A DNA stretch of 60,927 nt, the filler included, from Nitrospinota bacterium (GTDB taxonomy: Bacteria > JADFOP01): NCBI GenBank assembly GCA_022562795.1. It is 3 parts of 3 records of this genome, joined end to end, with 100 filler letters (N's around TTAATTAATTAA, not from the genome) between each part and the next. Parts side by side here need not be neighbours in the genome. Positions count along the whole stretch, not along the records: positions 25,297 to 53,523 come from JADFOP010000026.1; 2 more parts are not named here. One strand, 5' to 3'. The position numbers and the translations under genes are program-made. Below the pieces are notes generated by a model that saw nothing but the letters and a program-made list of their open reading frames with translations, had not been told where the DNA came from and did not search any database. How positions within the stretch are numbered: position 1 is the stretch's first letter; the number at the start of each line of letters is the position of its first letter. This document shows, one piece after another, positions 25,297-35,094 of the stretch.

Positions 25297-26251
25297 CGCC
25301 GAGGAAAATGAGAATAAAAAGACCGCGCGCCGGATCGGTCGCAAAGGCATGGACCGAGATGAGAATGCCGGACCGCACGAGGAAAGTGCCGAGCAGGCTC
25401 AGGGAAAAGGCCGATATCGCCAGGAGTAATGTCCAGCTCTTGAACAAGCCGCGCTTCTCAGTGACCGCCAGTGAGTGAATCAACGCGGTGCCGGCCAGCC
25501 ACGGCATGAAGGAGGCGTTCTCGACCGGGTCCCAGGCCCAGAAGCCGCCCCATCCGAGCTCCACATAGGCCCACTGGGCGCCTAGCACGATGCCCACCGT
25601 GAGGAAGTACCAGGCGATGAGCGACCAGCGGCGGGTGGTCACAATCCATCTGTCGGTCAGCTTGCCCTTGACGAGGGCGGCCATGCAGAAAGCGTAGGGA
25701 ACCGCAAAGCCAACGAAACCCATATAGAGGTTCGGTGGGTGGTAGGCCATACTGGGACTTTGGAGAATTGGATTGAGGCCCTGGCCGTCGGGCGGCGCCG
25801 GCGTTCTAATCCCCAATGGGTTGGCGAACAAGAGCATGACGGAGAGGAAGAAGAGACTGTTTACGAGCAAGGTCGTTACGGCGTAGGGCGTGAGGTCGGC
25901 GTGGCTCTTCCGGTAGATGACGACGACGAGCGCCGTGAATATGCAAAGCAGAAGCTCCCAGAGCAGGATGCTTCCGTCGAGCGAGCCCCAGAAGGAAGCG
26001 AACTTATACATCGTCGGCTGGGCCAGGCTCGAGACGGCGGCGACGTACTCGACCCTGAAGTCGCTCGTAAGAAGCGAGTACCATAGCGCGATGCTCGCCA
26101 CGACCACGAGCGCCCCCATGGCCAGAGCGGCGTTGTAACCGCTGGAGATTAGGCGAGGCCTCTCCGCCCTGGCCCCCCAGGCGCACACAACGGCCCCATA
26201 GAGGGCGCATAGAGCCGCTAGCCAGAGCGCGAAGTTACCGGTTTCGGCCAT
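25297..26251 (-). CDS. ccmF: Cytochrome c heme lyase CcmF, 3' end cut by contig edge
   Basis: WGSLDGSILLW, GLNPILQ, HPP, WGGFWAWDPVENAS, SVHAF. Confidence 0.95.
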
Positions 26252-26705
26252 CGCTGGGCGGCTCCTTTCCGATGATGCTCCGGTAGAGCTCCTCGGCGGT
26301 CAAACGGCTCTCGCCGTGGGGAGGCTTGTACTCTTCGGCATGCTTGGCCATGATTAGCTCGGCCTCGAAGAGGCCCGAGGGCGTGAGGGCGCCCTCGACT
26401 ACGGCCCCACGACCCTCGCCGAAGAGGTCCGGCACCACGCCTACGTGGGAGACGGTGATGGTATCCACCCCGTCTGTGAGCCTGAAGATAATCTTCAGCT
26501 TCTCGGGCTCGCGCTGGATGGAGCCCTTCACCACGAGCCCTCCCAGGCGGACATAGCTACCACGGGAATTTGGCCCACGGGCTTTGAGCTCGCTGGGGGT
26601 CACGAAATAGACGAGTGCCTCCTGCATGCCGGTATAGGCGAGGTAGCTTAGAGTGACCGCCACTACGGCCAAGGCTATGAAGAGGCGCCTTCGGCGGGGG
26701 TTCAT
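26235..26705 (-). CDS. ccmE: Heme chaperone CcmE
   Basis: YFVTPSE, VRLGGLV, PDLFGEG, AKHAEEY (HxxxY). Confidence 0.95.
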   Translation of the reverse strand: MNPRRRRLFIALAVVAVTLSYLAYTGMQEALVYFVTPSELKARGPNSRGSYVRLGGLVVKGSIQREPEKLKIIFRLTDGVDTITVSHVGVVPDLFGEGRGAVVEGALTPSGLFEAELIMAKHAEEYKPPHGESRLTAEELYRSIIGKEPPSDGRNR

Positions 26706-26866
26706 ACCGCCTCCTCCAGCGGGTCTCGGGCGGTGCGGGGTCGCTCCAACAGCGTCTCCAGTTGACGGCGGTTTCGTCGAAGCGAAACCACAACGTAAGA
26801 AAGATAGCCTACCAACACCCCCCCGGCCAGGCTGTAGGCGAGCCCGATGTAGAACCATCTACTCAT
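26702..26866 (-). CDS. ccmD: Heme exporter protein CcmD
   Basis: 54 aa, N-terminal TM (YIGLAY) and basic tail, between ccmC and ccmE with overlapping start/stop codons. Confidence 0.75.
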   Translation of the reverse strand: MSRWFYIGLAYSLAGGVLVGYLSYVVVSLRRNRRQLETLLERPRTARDPLEEAV

Positions 26867-27578
26867 GGGCAATTCTCCTGGCCTGTTCGACCAAAATAGA
26901 CTCCCGAACCACCTCCAGCTCCGTCCGCTTGAGCATGAGGTAGAGATAGAGGCACCCGAATGCAAGCAGGTTGAGCAAGAGGGTAAAAAACATGAAGCGG
27001 TCGATGGTCATCCCTCCGGGCCGAAATACCGTCGGCTGCTGGTGGAGGGTGCGCCACCACATGACCGATAGTCGTATGAGTGGGACGTCGAGAAACCCTA
27101 TGATGCCGATGACGGCGGCAATGCGGGCGCGTTGTTCCGGCTCCTCTACGACCTGTCGCACCACGAGGTAACCGATGTAGATGAAGAGCAGAATGGCGGT
27201 CGTCGTAAGCCTGGCGTCCCAGGTCCACCACGTACCCCACGTGGGCCTGCCCCAAATGCTTCCCGCAGAGATGGTAAGGGCCGTGAATACGACACCGATT
27301 TCGGCGCTGGCGGCCGCCCGGCGGTCCCAGGCGGAGTTGCGGGTCCAGAGGTAGGCCATCGAGCAGAAGCAGACCACAGCAAAAGCAAGGTAAGTGTTCC
27401 ATGCCATGGGAACGTGGATGTACATGATGCGTTGGACCTCGCCCTGGATGGCATCGGAGGGAACGATGAGCAAAGCGGTGACAAGTCCAATGGTAAGCCC
27501 GCCAGCGGCGAGCAGGCCGAAGATGCGAGTGACCGTCAAGCGGGACAACCCGCAGATGGGTTTATCATGAGGCATCAT
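26859..27578 (-). CDS. ccmC: Heme exporter CcmC
   Basis: RIMYIHVP, WGRPTWGTWWTWDARLT, WWRTLHQ. Confidence 0.95.
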   Translation of the reverse strand: MMPHDKPICGLSRLTVTRIFGLLAAGGLTIGLVTALLIVPSDAIQGEVQRIMYIHVPMAWNTYLAFAVVCFCSMAYLWTRNSAWDRRAAASAEIGVVFTALTISAGSIWGRPTWGTWWTWDARLTTTAILLFIYIGYLVVRQVVEEPEQRARIAAVIGIIGFLDVPLIRLSVMWWRTLHQQPTVFRPGGMTIDRFMFFTLLLNLLAFGCLYLYLMLKRTELEVVRESILVEQARRIAHE

Positions 27579-27581
27579 CGG

Positions 27582-28259
27582 TTAGAGCTCCACCACGTAT
27601 TCGAAGGCGAGGTATCCGCTTGCCAGGAAGAGGGCGTCGAACGCCACCATCAGCTTGACCCAGCGGGCAGCCTCGGCGAGGCCTGCCCCCATGAAAAGAA
27701 CCTCGGTCGAGCGCACGGCTCCCAGAATCAACGGCACCGCCAGGGGCAGAAGCAGAAGGGGCACAAGAACCTCACGGGCCCTTACGGCGTGGGTCACGGC
27801 GGCCAGCAGGGTCCCCACCGCGGCGAAGCCGACGGTTGCCAGCACCAGGACCACCGCCATCGAGGGAAGTATCGCCCAGCGGTCAACATTGAACAGGACA
27901 AAAAAAAGAGGGACCAGGATGGTATGGACCGCCAATATCAAGACCACATTCCCGGCCACTTTACTTAGATATATCACACCGCGGTCCACCGGGGCGAGCA
28001 AGAGCCCCTCGAGGGTCGCGTTGGCCTCCTCTTTATGGAATGCGTTGCCGACGGCCAAGACGCTGGCGAAGATGAATGCAATCCAGATGAGGCCCGGCGC
28101 CAGCTCCTTTTGCCTAGTCACGGTCGGTCCCAGGGCGAAGGTAAAGACCATGAGGATTAAGATGGCGAAAAATGCCACTGTGATGAAGCTCTCCTTGCGC
28201 CGAAGCTCCAGACGGAGGTCCTTGGTGGTGAGCGCAGCGAACTGGGCTAAGACCGTCAC
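27582..28259 (-). CDS. ccmB: Heme exporter CcmB
   Basis: KDLRLELR, PGLIW, LEGLLLAP, REVLVPLLLLP; GTGA overlap with ccmA stop. Confidence 0.9.
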   Translation of the reverse strand: MTVLAQFAALTTKDLRLELRRKESFITVAFFAILILMVFTFALGPTVTRQKELAPGLIWIAFIFASVLAVGNAFHKEEANATLEGLLLAPVDRGVIYLSKVAGNVVLILAVHTILVPLFFVLFNVDRWAILPSMAVVLVLATVGFAAVGTLLAAVTHAVRAREVLVPLLLLPLAVPLILGAVRSTEVLFMGAGLAEAARWVKLMVAFDALFLASGYLAFEYVVEL

Positions 28260-29005
28260 GACGATAACCCCCCCGTAACGATTCGCTCCAGAGTGCCGGC
28301 CCAATCCTCCACGTCGCTAACGACCTCATCCCGCTCGAGCCTGCCCCGACCCAGGGCGTATAGCCTGTCGACGGGCGCGGCGGCTAACTCCTGGGGATGG
28401 TGGGTGGAGAGCAAAATCGTCCCGCCTCCCTCTTTGAAAAATACAAGGTAGCTCGTCAAAAGCTCCCGGCTGCGGGCGTCGAGCCCCGCGTAGGGCTCGT
28501 CCAAAAGAAGAAGACGTGGCTCGATGACCATGACACGGGCCAGGGCGAGACGCTTTTTCATACCGTTGGAGAGAATGCGGACAGTGGCGTCCCGCCAGTC
28601 CGTAAGCTCCACCTGCTTTAGGGCCCTCTCAATGCGCTCGGACCGGTGGCTAACACCGTAGAGGGCGGTCGTGAAGGCGAGGTTCTCCCGTGCCGTCAGG
28701 TCCTCATAGAGGTGCGTATGATGGCCGATGAGGCCGATCTTTCGCCTGATGGAATCCGGCTCCTTAGTCGCCTCGAAACCCATGATGCGGACCGTGCCCT
28801 CCGTCGGGCGCATTAGGGTGGCCAGAATCTTAATGAGGGTGGTCTTTCCCGCCCCGTTGGGTCCATAGAGGACGCCCCATTGGCCCTCCGGCAAGAGGAG
28901 CGTGATGGTGTCCAGGGCCCGGAAGGGCCCGAATGTTTTGACTACTTCTATGGCCTCGATCATCTCACTCGGCCTAGGGGGGTGGAGTTTGCGGCGCTCA
29001 CTCAT
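28256..29005 (-). CDS. ccmA: Heme ABC exporter ATPase CcmA
   Basis: GPNGAGKTT, LSNGMKKR, LLLDEP, STH; upstream of ccmB. Confidence 0.9.
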   Translation of the reverse strand: MSERRKLHPPRPSEMIEAIEVVKTFGPFRALDTITLLLPEGQWGVLYGPNGAGKTTLIKILATLMRPTEGTVRIMGFEATKEPDSIRRKIGLIGHHTHLYEDLTARENLAFTTALYGVSHRSERIERALKQVELTDWRDATVRILSNGMKKRLALARVMVIEPRLLLLDEPYAGLDARSRELLTSYLVFFKEGGGTILLSTHHPQELAAAPVDRLYALGRGRLERDEVVSDVEDWAGTLERIVTGGLSS

Positions 29006-29076
29006 TCCTCCTGTAAGACTCTCTTAATAATAGGTAAACGGCCCGGCGATTGTCCAGCTAATTACCGTCCCGCGCC

Positions 29077-29778
29077 TTATACCCCCCTCTGGTCCGCATA
29101 GGTGAGCCAGAGGGCGGCGGCGGCGTAGTAAGCGGGATACAGGAGCGAGACCCAGACCAGCCAGCCGGAGGGCTCGGGGAGCTGAAAGTAGAGGACTATG
29201 AGAGAGAGCGCCCAGGCCACGCAGAGGGGGTCGGTCAAGTGACGTAGAGGCCGGGCCTTGAAGGGGGTCGGGTAGCGGATTGGAACGAAGGTAAGAGCAC
29301 CCAGCAGAAGCAGCCATCCGGCGATCCAGCCCGCCGAGAGCCGGAGGCACCAGGCGTAAAAGACGACTATATTCCAGTATGATGGAAAACCGCGGAAAAA
29401 GCCGTCGGCCGTCTTAGCGTCGCTCCTCGAAAAACCGTAGGCGCTAGCAACCAACGGCACCGCCCCCAGCGCGAGGGCGCCCGAGGGCAGCAGGCCCAAG
29501 GCGAAGAGGAGGTAGGACGGGCAGAGCGCATAGTTGATGTAGTCGACGAGGTTGTCGAGCTGCGCCCCGTCGAAGTGGGGCAGCCGCTCTGCGGCCCGCA
29601 ACCTTCGGGCCAGAGCCCCGTCGGTGGCATCGATAAAGAGGGCCAGGAACATCCAGAAGAAGGCTCCCCGGGCGTCGCCTCGGGCACCGGCCGACAAGAT
29701 GAGGCCGGCGCAGATAAGCCCTAGGCAGGTGTAGGCGTGGGCTAGCCAAGCAATACGGGAGTCAGGCTCCGGCTGCAT
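29077..29778 (-). CDS. CDP-alcohol phosphatidyltransferase, phosphatidylcholine synthase-like
   Basis: HAYT, DATDGALAR...DGAQLDNLVDY, FRGFPSYWNIV. Confidence 0.8.
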   Translation of the reverse strand: MQPEPDSRIAWLAHAYTCLGLICAGLILSAGARGDARGAFFWMFLALFIDATDGALARRLRAAERLPHFDGAQLDNLVDYINYALCPSYLLFALGLLPSGALALGAVPLVASAYGFSRSDAKTADGFFRGFPSYWNIVVFYAWCLRLSAGWIAGWLLLLGALTFVPIRYPTPFKARPLRHLTDPLCVAWALSLIVLYFQLPEPSGWLVWVSLLYPAYYAAAALWLTYADQRGV

Positions 29779-30615
29779 TAAAAGGAGACGGGGCAGGAGA
29801 TGGGCGTGTCGGCCCGGCCGCCCCATTCGGCCCAGCTCGCCAGGTAGTTGCGCACCCGAGGGTAGCCGATCAGCTTAAGAGCCAGCCAGGCGTTCGAGGA
29901 GCGGTAGCCCCCCTGGCAGTAGGTGATGATTTCCTTCTCAGGCGCAACGCCCCGGTCCGCGTATAGGGCCTTTAATTCGTCGGCCGACTTGAAGGCTCCG
30001 GAAGAATCGAGATTCCGCGTCCATTCGACGTTGACGGCTTGAGGGATGTGGCCTCCTCGGTCTGCCCGAACCTCCTCTCCCGAGTGCTCCGCCGGGCGCC
30101 GGGCGTCGAGCAATAGGATATCGTTGCGCCCGAGACTTTGGAGAATGTCGTCGCAGGTGGCGATAAGACCCTCCCGGGGACGGGCGGTGAAGGACCCCGT
30201 CGTGGGCTGTGGGACCTCCACCGTGAGGGACCCGCCAGCCGCCTGCCAGGATTGCATGCCCCCATCGAGCATCGCTCCGTTCCCGGAGCCGAAGTACTCC
30301 AGGAGAAAGACCCCCCGGGGGGCCCTCATGCCCGAGGTGTCCTCATAGAAGATGACGGTGGAGGCTGGTGTGACACCAGCGTCGGCCAGGGTGCGCTCCA
30401 TGGTCTGGTGGAATGTTGCCAGGGCCGCATCGCTCGATTCAACGAGTCGCAGCCGGAAGAGGTCAACGTGGCATGCTCCAGGCAAATGGCCGGCTTGATA
30501 GTCCTCCAAGGGCCGGGTATCGATGAGGACGAGGCCAGGGTCGTCAAGCCGCTCGTTCAACGCCTCTGCGGTGATAATGAGTCTCGTTACTGTAGCCCTT
30601 AACAGATTGCGTCAC
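29778..30615 (-). CDS. Two-domain sulfurtransferase (SseA/rhodanese), apparent frameshift near 5' end
   Basis: GHLPGA, LDGG, GGHIPQA, YCQGGYRS, YLASWAEW; the RBS-linked GTG at 30615 is out of frame with the body. Confidence 0.85.
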
Positions 30616-30627
30616 GCCGTACGCTCC

Positions 30628-30795
30628 TTAATCCGGCGGGGCCGCATACTGGGTTGGGTCGGGTAGATCCGCCTTGACGTAGCAGGGAATGACGGTGTGG
30701 CCCTCGGCGAGGAGCTCCTTGAGGAGCACCGCGCTCTCAACCCCCCCGCTCGCCAGAGCGACCACACGAACGGGCTCCCTCTCCATAGGTTCCAT
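30628..30795 (-). pseudogene. Internally deleted QueC-like (PP-loop) gene, 55 aa
   Basis: My translation: MEPMEREPVRVVALASGGVESAVLLKELLAEGHTVIPCYVKADLPDPTQYAAPPD; a PP-loop N-terminus joined to a QueC-type DPT.Y C-terminus; divergent from the queD operon. Confidence 0.7.
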
Positions 30796-30827
30796 GTCCG
30801 CCTCACCCCCTGACCAGGTAGAAACTC

Positions 30828-30898
30828 ATCGTACGAACAGGCCCGGAGGATGTCAAGCAGCGCGGCGCTTGACGCCTCCACAGAGCCCGTCCTATGAT
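30828..30898. promoter_or_regulatory. Back-to-back divergent sigma70 promoters
   Basis: Minus strand TTGACA(30856)-17-TACGAT; plus strand TTGACG(30869)-18-TATGAT. Confidence 0.55.
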
Positions 30899-30916
30899 TA
30901 GGCCGAAGGAGGCCCC

Positions 30917-31654
30917 ATGACATTGCAAGAGAAAGTGGCGCTGGTGACCGGCAGCGCAAAGCGGATCGGTCGAGCGGTGGCCAACGCCCTGGCGGATCGG
31001 GGGGTTCATCAGGCCGTCCACTACAGAACGTCAAAAACCGAAGCCGAGGATGCGGTGAAGCTCTTTCGGGTCCTGGGAGTGGAAGCCGAATCGTTCCAAG
31101 CCGACCTCAGTCAGGTCAAGGAGGTGGAGGCCTTGGCCTCAGAGGTGCTGAAGCGCTTTGGGCGCCTGGACATTCTGGTCAATAACGCCTCGGTCTTCTT
31201 CCCCTCGCCCCTGGGCGAGGTGACCGACCTCCAGTGGGACACTCTCATTAATACCAACCTCAAAGGCCCCTTCTTTCTGGCCCAGAAGGTTGGGCTGGCC
31301 ATGAAGGCGGCCGTCGGGGGCACAATTATCAACATCGGGGACTGGGCCGCGGAGCGGCCCTATACAGGCTACCTGCCTTACTGCATCTCTAAGGCCGGGG
31401 TAGTTGCCATGACCAAGGGGTTGGCTAAAGCCCTCGCGCCCGAAGTGCGGGTAAACTGCATCAACCCTGGGCCGGTAATGCTGCCAGAGGACCTTTCGGA
31501 GGCCGAGAAAGAGGAAATTATGCGCAAGACCCCCCTTCAGCGCACGGGCAGCCCCGCCGACATCGCCAATGCGGTGGTCTTCCTCTGCGAAGGGACCGAC
31601 TTCATGACCGGCGCCGTCATCACGGTGGACGGGGGCCGGGCCGTCTGGGGCTAG
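30917..31654 (+). CDS. Pteridine reductase-like SDR (FolM/PTR1 type)
   Basis: TGSAKRIG, AVHY, VNNAS, YCISK; next to queD. Confidence 0.85.
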   Translation: MTLQEKVALVTGSAKRIGRAVANALADRGVHQAVHYRTSKTEAEDAVKLFRVLGVEAESFQADLSQVKEVEALASEVLKRFGRLDILVNNASVFFPSPLGEVTDLQWDTLINTNLKGPFFLAQKVGLAMKAAVGGTIINIGDWAAERPYTGYLPYCISKAGVVAMTKGLAKALAPEVRVNCINPGPVMLPEDLSEAEKEEIMRKTPLQRTGSPADIANAVVFLCEGTDFMTGAVITVDGGRAVWG

Positions 31655-31655
31655 A

Positions 31656-32057
31656 GTGTACACAGTAACCAAGCAGATCCATTTTTGTTACGGACACCGT
31701 CTTCTCAACTACGACGGCAAATGTCGGTGGCTCCACGGCCACAACGGTTTGGTGGAAATCGCGCTTGCCTCCGAGAAGCTCGATGAACGGGGGATGGTCT
31801 ACGATTTCACCATCATCAAGCAGGTCGTCCAGGCCTGGATCGACGAGCATCTGGACCACAAGATGATTCTGCACCGGGACGACCCGTTGGTCTCAACCCT
31901 TCAGGAGCATGGCGATCCACTCTACCTGCTGGACGAGAACCCGACGGCTGAGGCGATTGCCCGGCTGATATACGAAGAGGCGGCCCGCCAAGGCTTTCCC
32001 GTCGTAGAGGTACGCCTTTGGGAGACTCCCACCAGTTGGGCCGCCTATCGGGGCTGA
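31656..32057 (+). CDS. queD: 6-carboxytetrahydropterin synthase / PTPS
   Basis: GHRL, C-x3-HGH, LDHK, NPTAE, WETPTS. Confidence 0.9.
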   Translation: MYTVTKQIHFCYGHRLLNYDGKCRWLHGHNGLVEIALASEKLDERGMVYDFTIIKQVVQAWIDEHLDHKMILHRDDPLVSTLQEHGDPLYLLDENPTAEAIARLIYEEAARQGFPVVEVRLWETPTSWAAYRG

Positions 32058-32245
32058 GAGGACCACTGGTACATTTGATTTTTTACTGATTCGGGTTATA
32101 ATTGGGAGGCGTTGACCTCCTACGCCGCCTTCGAGCACATTCCACCCCTGTAGGCTCGCAACTCCTCCGGGGGTTTTACAACCGGGGCGAAAAGTTGGTA
32201 TTTAACACGGGAGACGACAACTCCGCTTGAGAAGGAGGCGGGCTC

Positions 32246-33421
32246 ATGAGTGGCGTTTCTTTTTCACAACTCATCCAGCAGATCAAGGGCGAGATCAAAG
32301 AGATTACGCCCGAGGAGGTTCAAGAGCGGCTTGAGGCGGGTGAACCGTGGGCTCTCCTCGATGTGCGGGAGCAAAGTGAGTGGGAGGAGGGCCACCTCCC
32401 CGAGGCCCACTTCATCCCTCGAGGGTTCCTCGAGATCCGGACGGAGAGCGCCCTTCCTGAGAAGGACAAGCCATTGGTCGTATATTGCGGCGGCGGGGTC
32501 CGAAGCGCCATGGCCACCAAGACTTTGCAAGATATGGGCTACACGAACGTGATGAGCATGTCCGGTGGCTTCACCCGATGGCGGGAGCTAGACTACTCCT
32601 TTACCACACCTCGGACCCTCACCGATACGGAAATGGAGCGCTACAGCCGCCAGATTCGTATCCCAGAGGTGGGCATTAAAGGTCAGATCAAGCTTCTTGA
32701 TAGCAAAGTGTTGCTCGTAGGAGCTGGTGGCTTGGGTTGCCCCTCGGCGATCTACTTGGCAGCGGCCGGGGTGGGGACCATCGGCATCGTCGACAACGAC
32801 GTGGTGGACCTGAGCAACCTTCAGCGCCAGATTCTCCATCACACCTCGTCCCTTGGCACCCCGAAGACAGAGTCCGCCAAGGCGGCTCTCCACGCCATAA
32901 ACCCCTCAATCGAGGTTAACACGTATCAGGAGAAACTCTCCAGCGCCAACGTAATGGAGATTATAGAGCCCTATGACATCATCGTAGACGGCTCCGATAA
33001 CTTTCCTACGAGGTACCTCATCAACGACGCATGTGTGTGGACGGACAAGCCCAACGTTCACGGCTCAGTCTTTCGCTTTGAGGGGCAAGTGACCCTTTTT
33101 AATCCATACCAAGGCCCGTGCTACCGGTGCCTCTCCCCGAATCCCACCCCGCCGGACCTCGCCCCGTCGTGCGCCGACGCTGGCGTGCTGGGCGTGCTGC
33201 CGGGTGTCGTCGGACTGCTCCAGGCCGTTGAGACCATAAAGTTCATCATAGGCGAGGGCGATAGCTTGGTCGGCCGTCTCATCACCTACGACGCCCTCAC
33301 CACCTCCTTCCGCGAGTTCAAGTTGCGGCGCGACCTCGGCTGCCCCGTCTGCGGGGAAAACCCCACAATTACTGAGTTTATCGACTACGAGGAATTCTGC
33401 GCCGCCGCTGCTGGCGGGTAA
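32246..33421 (+). CDS. moeB: Rhodanese-MoeB adenylyltransferase (MoeZ-like)
   Basis: N-terminal rhodanese (YCGGGVRS), RYSRQ, GAGGLG, SNLQRQ, CYRC, CPVC. Confidence 0.9.
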   Translation: MSGVSFSQLIQQIKGEIKEITPEEVQERLEAGEPWALLDVREQSEWEEGHLPEAHFIPRGFLEIRTESALPEKDKPLVVYCGGGVRSAMATKTLQDMGYTNVMSMSGGFTRWRELDYSFTTPRTLTDTEMERYSRQIRIPEVGIKGQIKLLDSKVLLVGAGGLGCPSAIYLAAAGVGTIGIVDNDVVDLSNLQRQILHHTSSLGTPKTESAKAALHAINPSIEVNTYQEKLSSANVMEIIEPYDIIVDGSDNFPTRYLINDACVWTDKPNVHGSVFRFEGQVTLFNPYQGPCYRCLSPNPTPPDLAPSCADAGVLGVLPGVVGLLQAVETIKFIIGEGDSLVGRLITYDALTTSFREFKLRRDLGCPVCGENPTITEFIDYEEFCAAAAGG

Positions 33422-33454
33422 CACTAGCTTTAAAACCACTAACTGGAATATTTA

Positions 33455-33484
33455 AGGCCGATGGGAGTTACTCCCAAACGGCCT
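33455..33484. terminator. Hairpin between convergent moeB and rng
   Basis: AGGCCG-ATGGGAG-TTA-CTCCCA-AA-CGGCCT; no clear U-tract. Confidence 0.35.
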
Positions 33485-33559
33485 AAGTTACTTTAGGGCA
33501 ACGCTCCCCACCGGGGCAAATCCAGAGGAGTATGGGCTCGGTGGGCTGAGAGTCAGGCC

Positions 33560-35092
33560 TCAGTCTGTCACCAGGTCGAACTGCTCTTGGTGCACGCTTG
33601 AGTCTACCTGGATAACGATTCGCTTGCCCAATGTCTTTTCCAAGTGCTCGATGGAATCCGCCTCCTCGTTGAAGAGGAGTTCGGCAACCTTGGGGTGTGC
33701 TGTGACGATGAGTTTGCGCCCAGAAAAGGGCTGGGCGGCCAAGCGGTCGATTCCTCGAAAAATCTCGTAGCAAACGGTGTTTGCGCTCTTAATGAGCCCT
33801 TTTCCCTCGCAGTAGCTGCAAGGCTCGCATAGGGTGTGAGCGAGGCTCTCGCGGGTCCGCTTGCGAGTCATCTGAACCAATCCCAGCTCGCTCATCCCCA
33901 TGATATGGGTTCGAGAGCGGTCAGCTTTGAGGGCCTGCTCGAGGGCGGCGAGAACCCGCTGGCGGCTCTCCTCCTGCTCCATGTCTATGAAGTCGATGAT
34001 GATGATGCCTCCGATGTTACGAAGCCTAAGCTGGTAGGCGATCTCCTTGACCGCCTCGAGGTTGGTTTTCAGAATAGTCTCTTCGGGATTGCGCTTGCCG
34101 ACGAACTTGCCCGTGTTGATATCGATAACGACTAGCGCCTCCGTGTGGTCGATGACGATGTAACCTCCGCTTTTCAACCAGACACGCCGGCCCAGAGCGC
34201 GGCTCACCTCCATCTCGATGCCGTAGTGGTCGAAGACGGGCTCGGCCCCCTCGTAGAGGCTCAATCGGCTCTCAAGGTGGGGCAGGAAGGTGCGGACGAA
34301 TTCCACGGCATCGTGGTACTCTTCAGGGCTGTCGATGATGAGGCTATCGACCTCGTCGGTGAAGAGGTCTCTGGTTATGCGGAGCAATAGGCTTAAGTCA
34401 TGGTGGATGAGGGAGGGGGCCTGCGCCGCCTTAAAGCGTTCCTTAATTATCCCCCAGAGCTTCTTTAGGAAAATCATGTCGGCCCTAAATGCGGCCGGGT
34501 CCAACCCGGCCCCAACTGTCCGGACGATATAGCCCTCATCCGGCCTCCTCAAGGCCTCGACGAGGTCGCGCAACCGCTCGCGCTCGGCCTCATCCTCGAT
34601 GCGCCTCGATACCCCTATATTGGTCGAGTGTGGCATGAAGACGAGGTGGCGCCCTGGAAGTGTTATGAAGGTCGTAAGTCTGGCGCCTTTGCTCCCTATC
34701 GGGTCTTTGGTGGCCTGGACGAGGAGGTCCTGCCCTTCCTGGAGAAGGTCCTCTATGGGGGGGTAGGACGGCATGGCGCGTTCGTGAGCCTCGACCGCCA
34801 GCGCCCGTTCAATGGGGACGTCCTCCTCGGCCTCCGGAGGGAAGAGCGACTCGTATCCGTCATGTACCTCTTCGACATCCACATCCGCCACATAGAGGAA
34901 ACCCGCCTTATCCAGGCCGACATCGACGAAGGCCGCTTGCATGCCGGGCAGCACCTTAATAACCCTTCCCTTGTAAATGTTCCCGGCGATTCCCAGTTCA
35001 GTGTGGCGCTCGATGTAGAACTCCGTTACCGCATCCTTTTCCAGAAGGGCGATGCGGGTTTCGTGCTCGTCGGCGTTCACAACGATCTTCAT
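33560..35092 (-). CDS. rng: Ribonuclease G (Rne/Rng family)
   Basis: GNIYKGRV, QAAFVD, IDINTG, IIIDFIDM, QMTRKR, CSYC. Confidence 0.95.
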   Translation of the reverse strand: MKIVVNADEHETRIALLEKDAVTEFYIERHTELGIAGNIYKGRVIKVLPGMQAAFVDVGLDKAGFLYVADVDVEEVHDGYESLFPPEAEEDVPIERALAVEAHERAMPSYPPIEDLLQEGQDLLVQATKDPIGSKGARLTTFITLPGRHLVFMPHSTNIGVSRRIEDEAERERLRDLVEALRRPDEGYIVRTVGAGLDPAAFRADMIFLKKLWGIIKERFKAAQAPSLIHHDLSLLLRITRDLFTDEVDSLIIDSPEEYHDAVEFVRTFLPHLESRLSLYEGAEPVFDHYGIEMEVSRALGRRVWLKSGGYIVIDHTEALVVIDINTGKFVGKRNPEETILKTNLEAVKEIAYQLRLRNIGGIIIIDFIDMEQEESRQRVLAALEQALKADRSRTHIMGMSELGLVQMTRKRTRESLAHTLCEPCSYCEGKGLIKSANTVCYEIFRGIDRLAAQPFSGRKLIVTAHPKVAELLFNEEADSIEHLEKTLGKRIVIQVDSSVHQEQFDLVTD

Positions 35093-35094
35093 TG

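Noticed and set aside
32058-32245. Possible Moco or other riboswitch upstream of moeB
   Set aside because: No recognisable conserved riboswitch elements by eye; an Rfam search would be needed.
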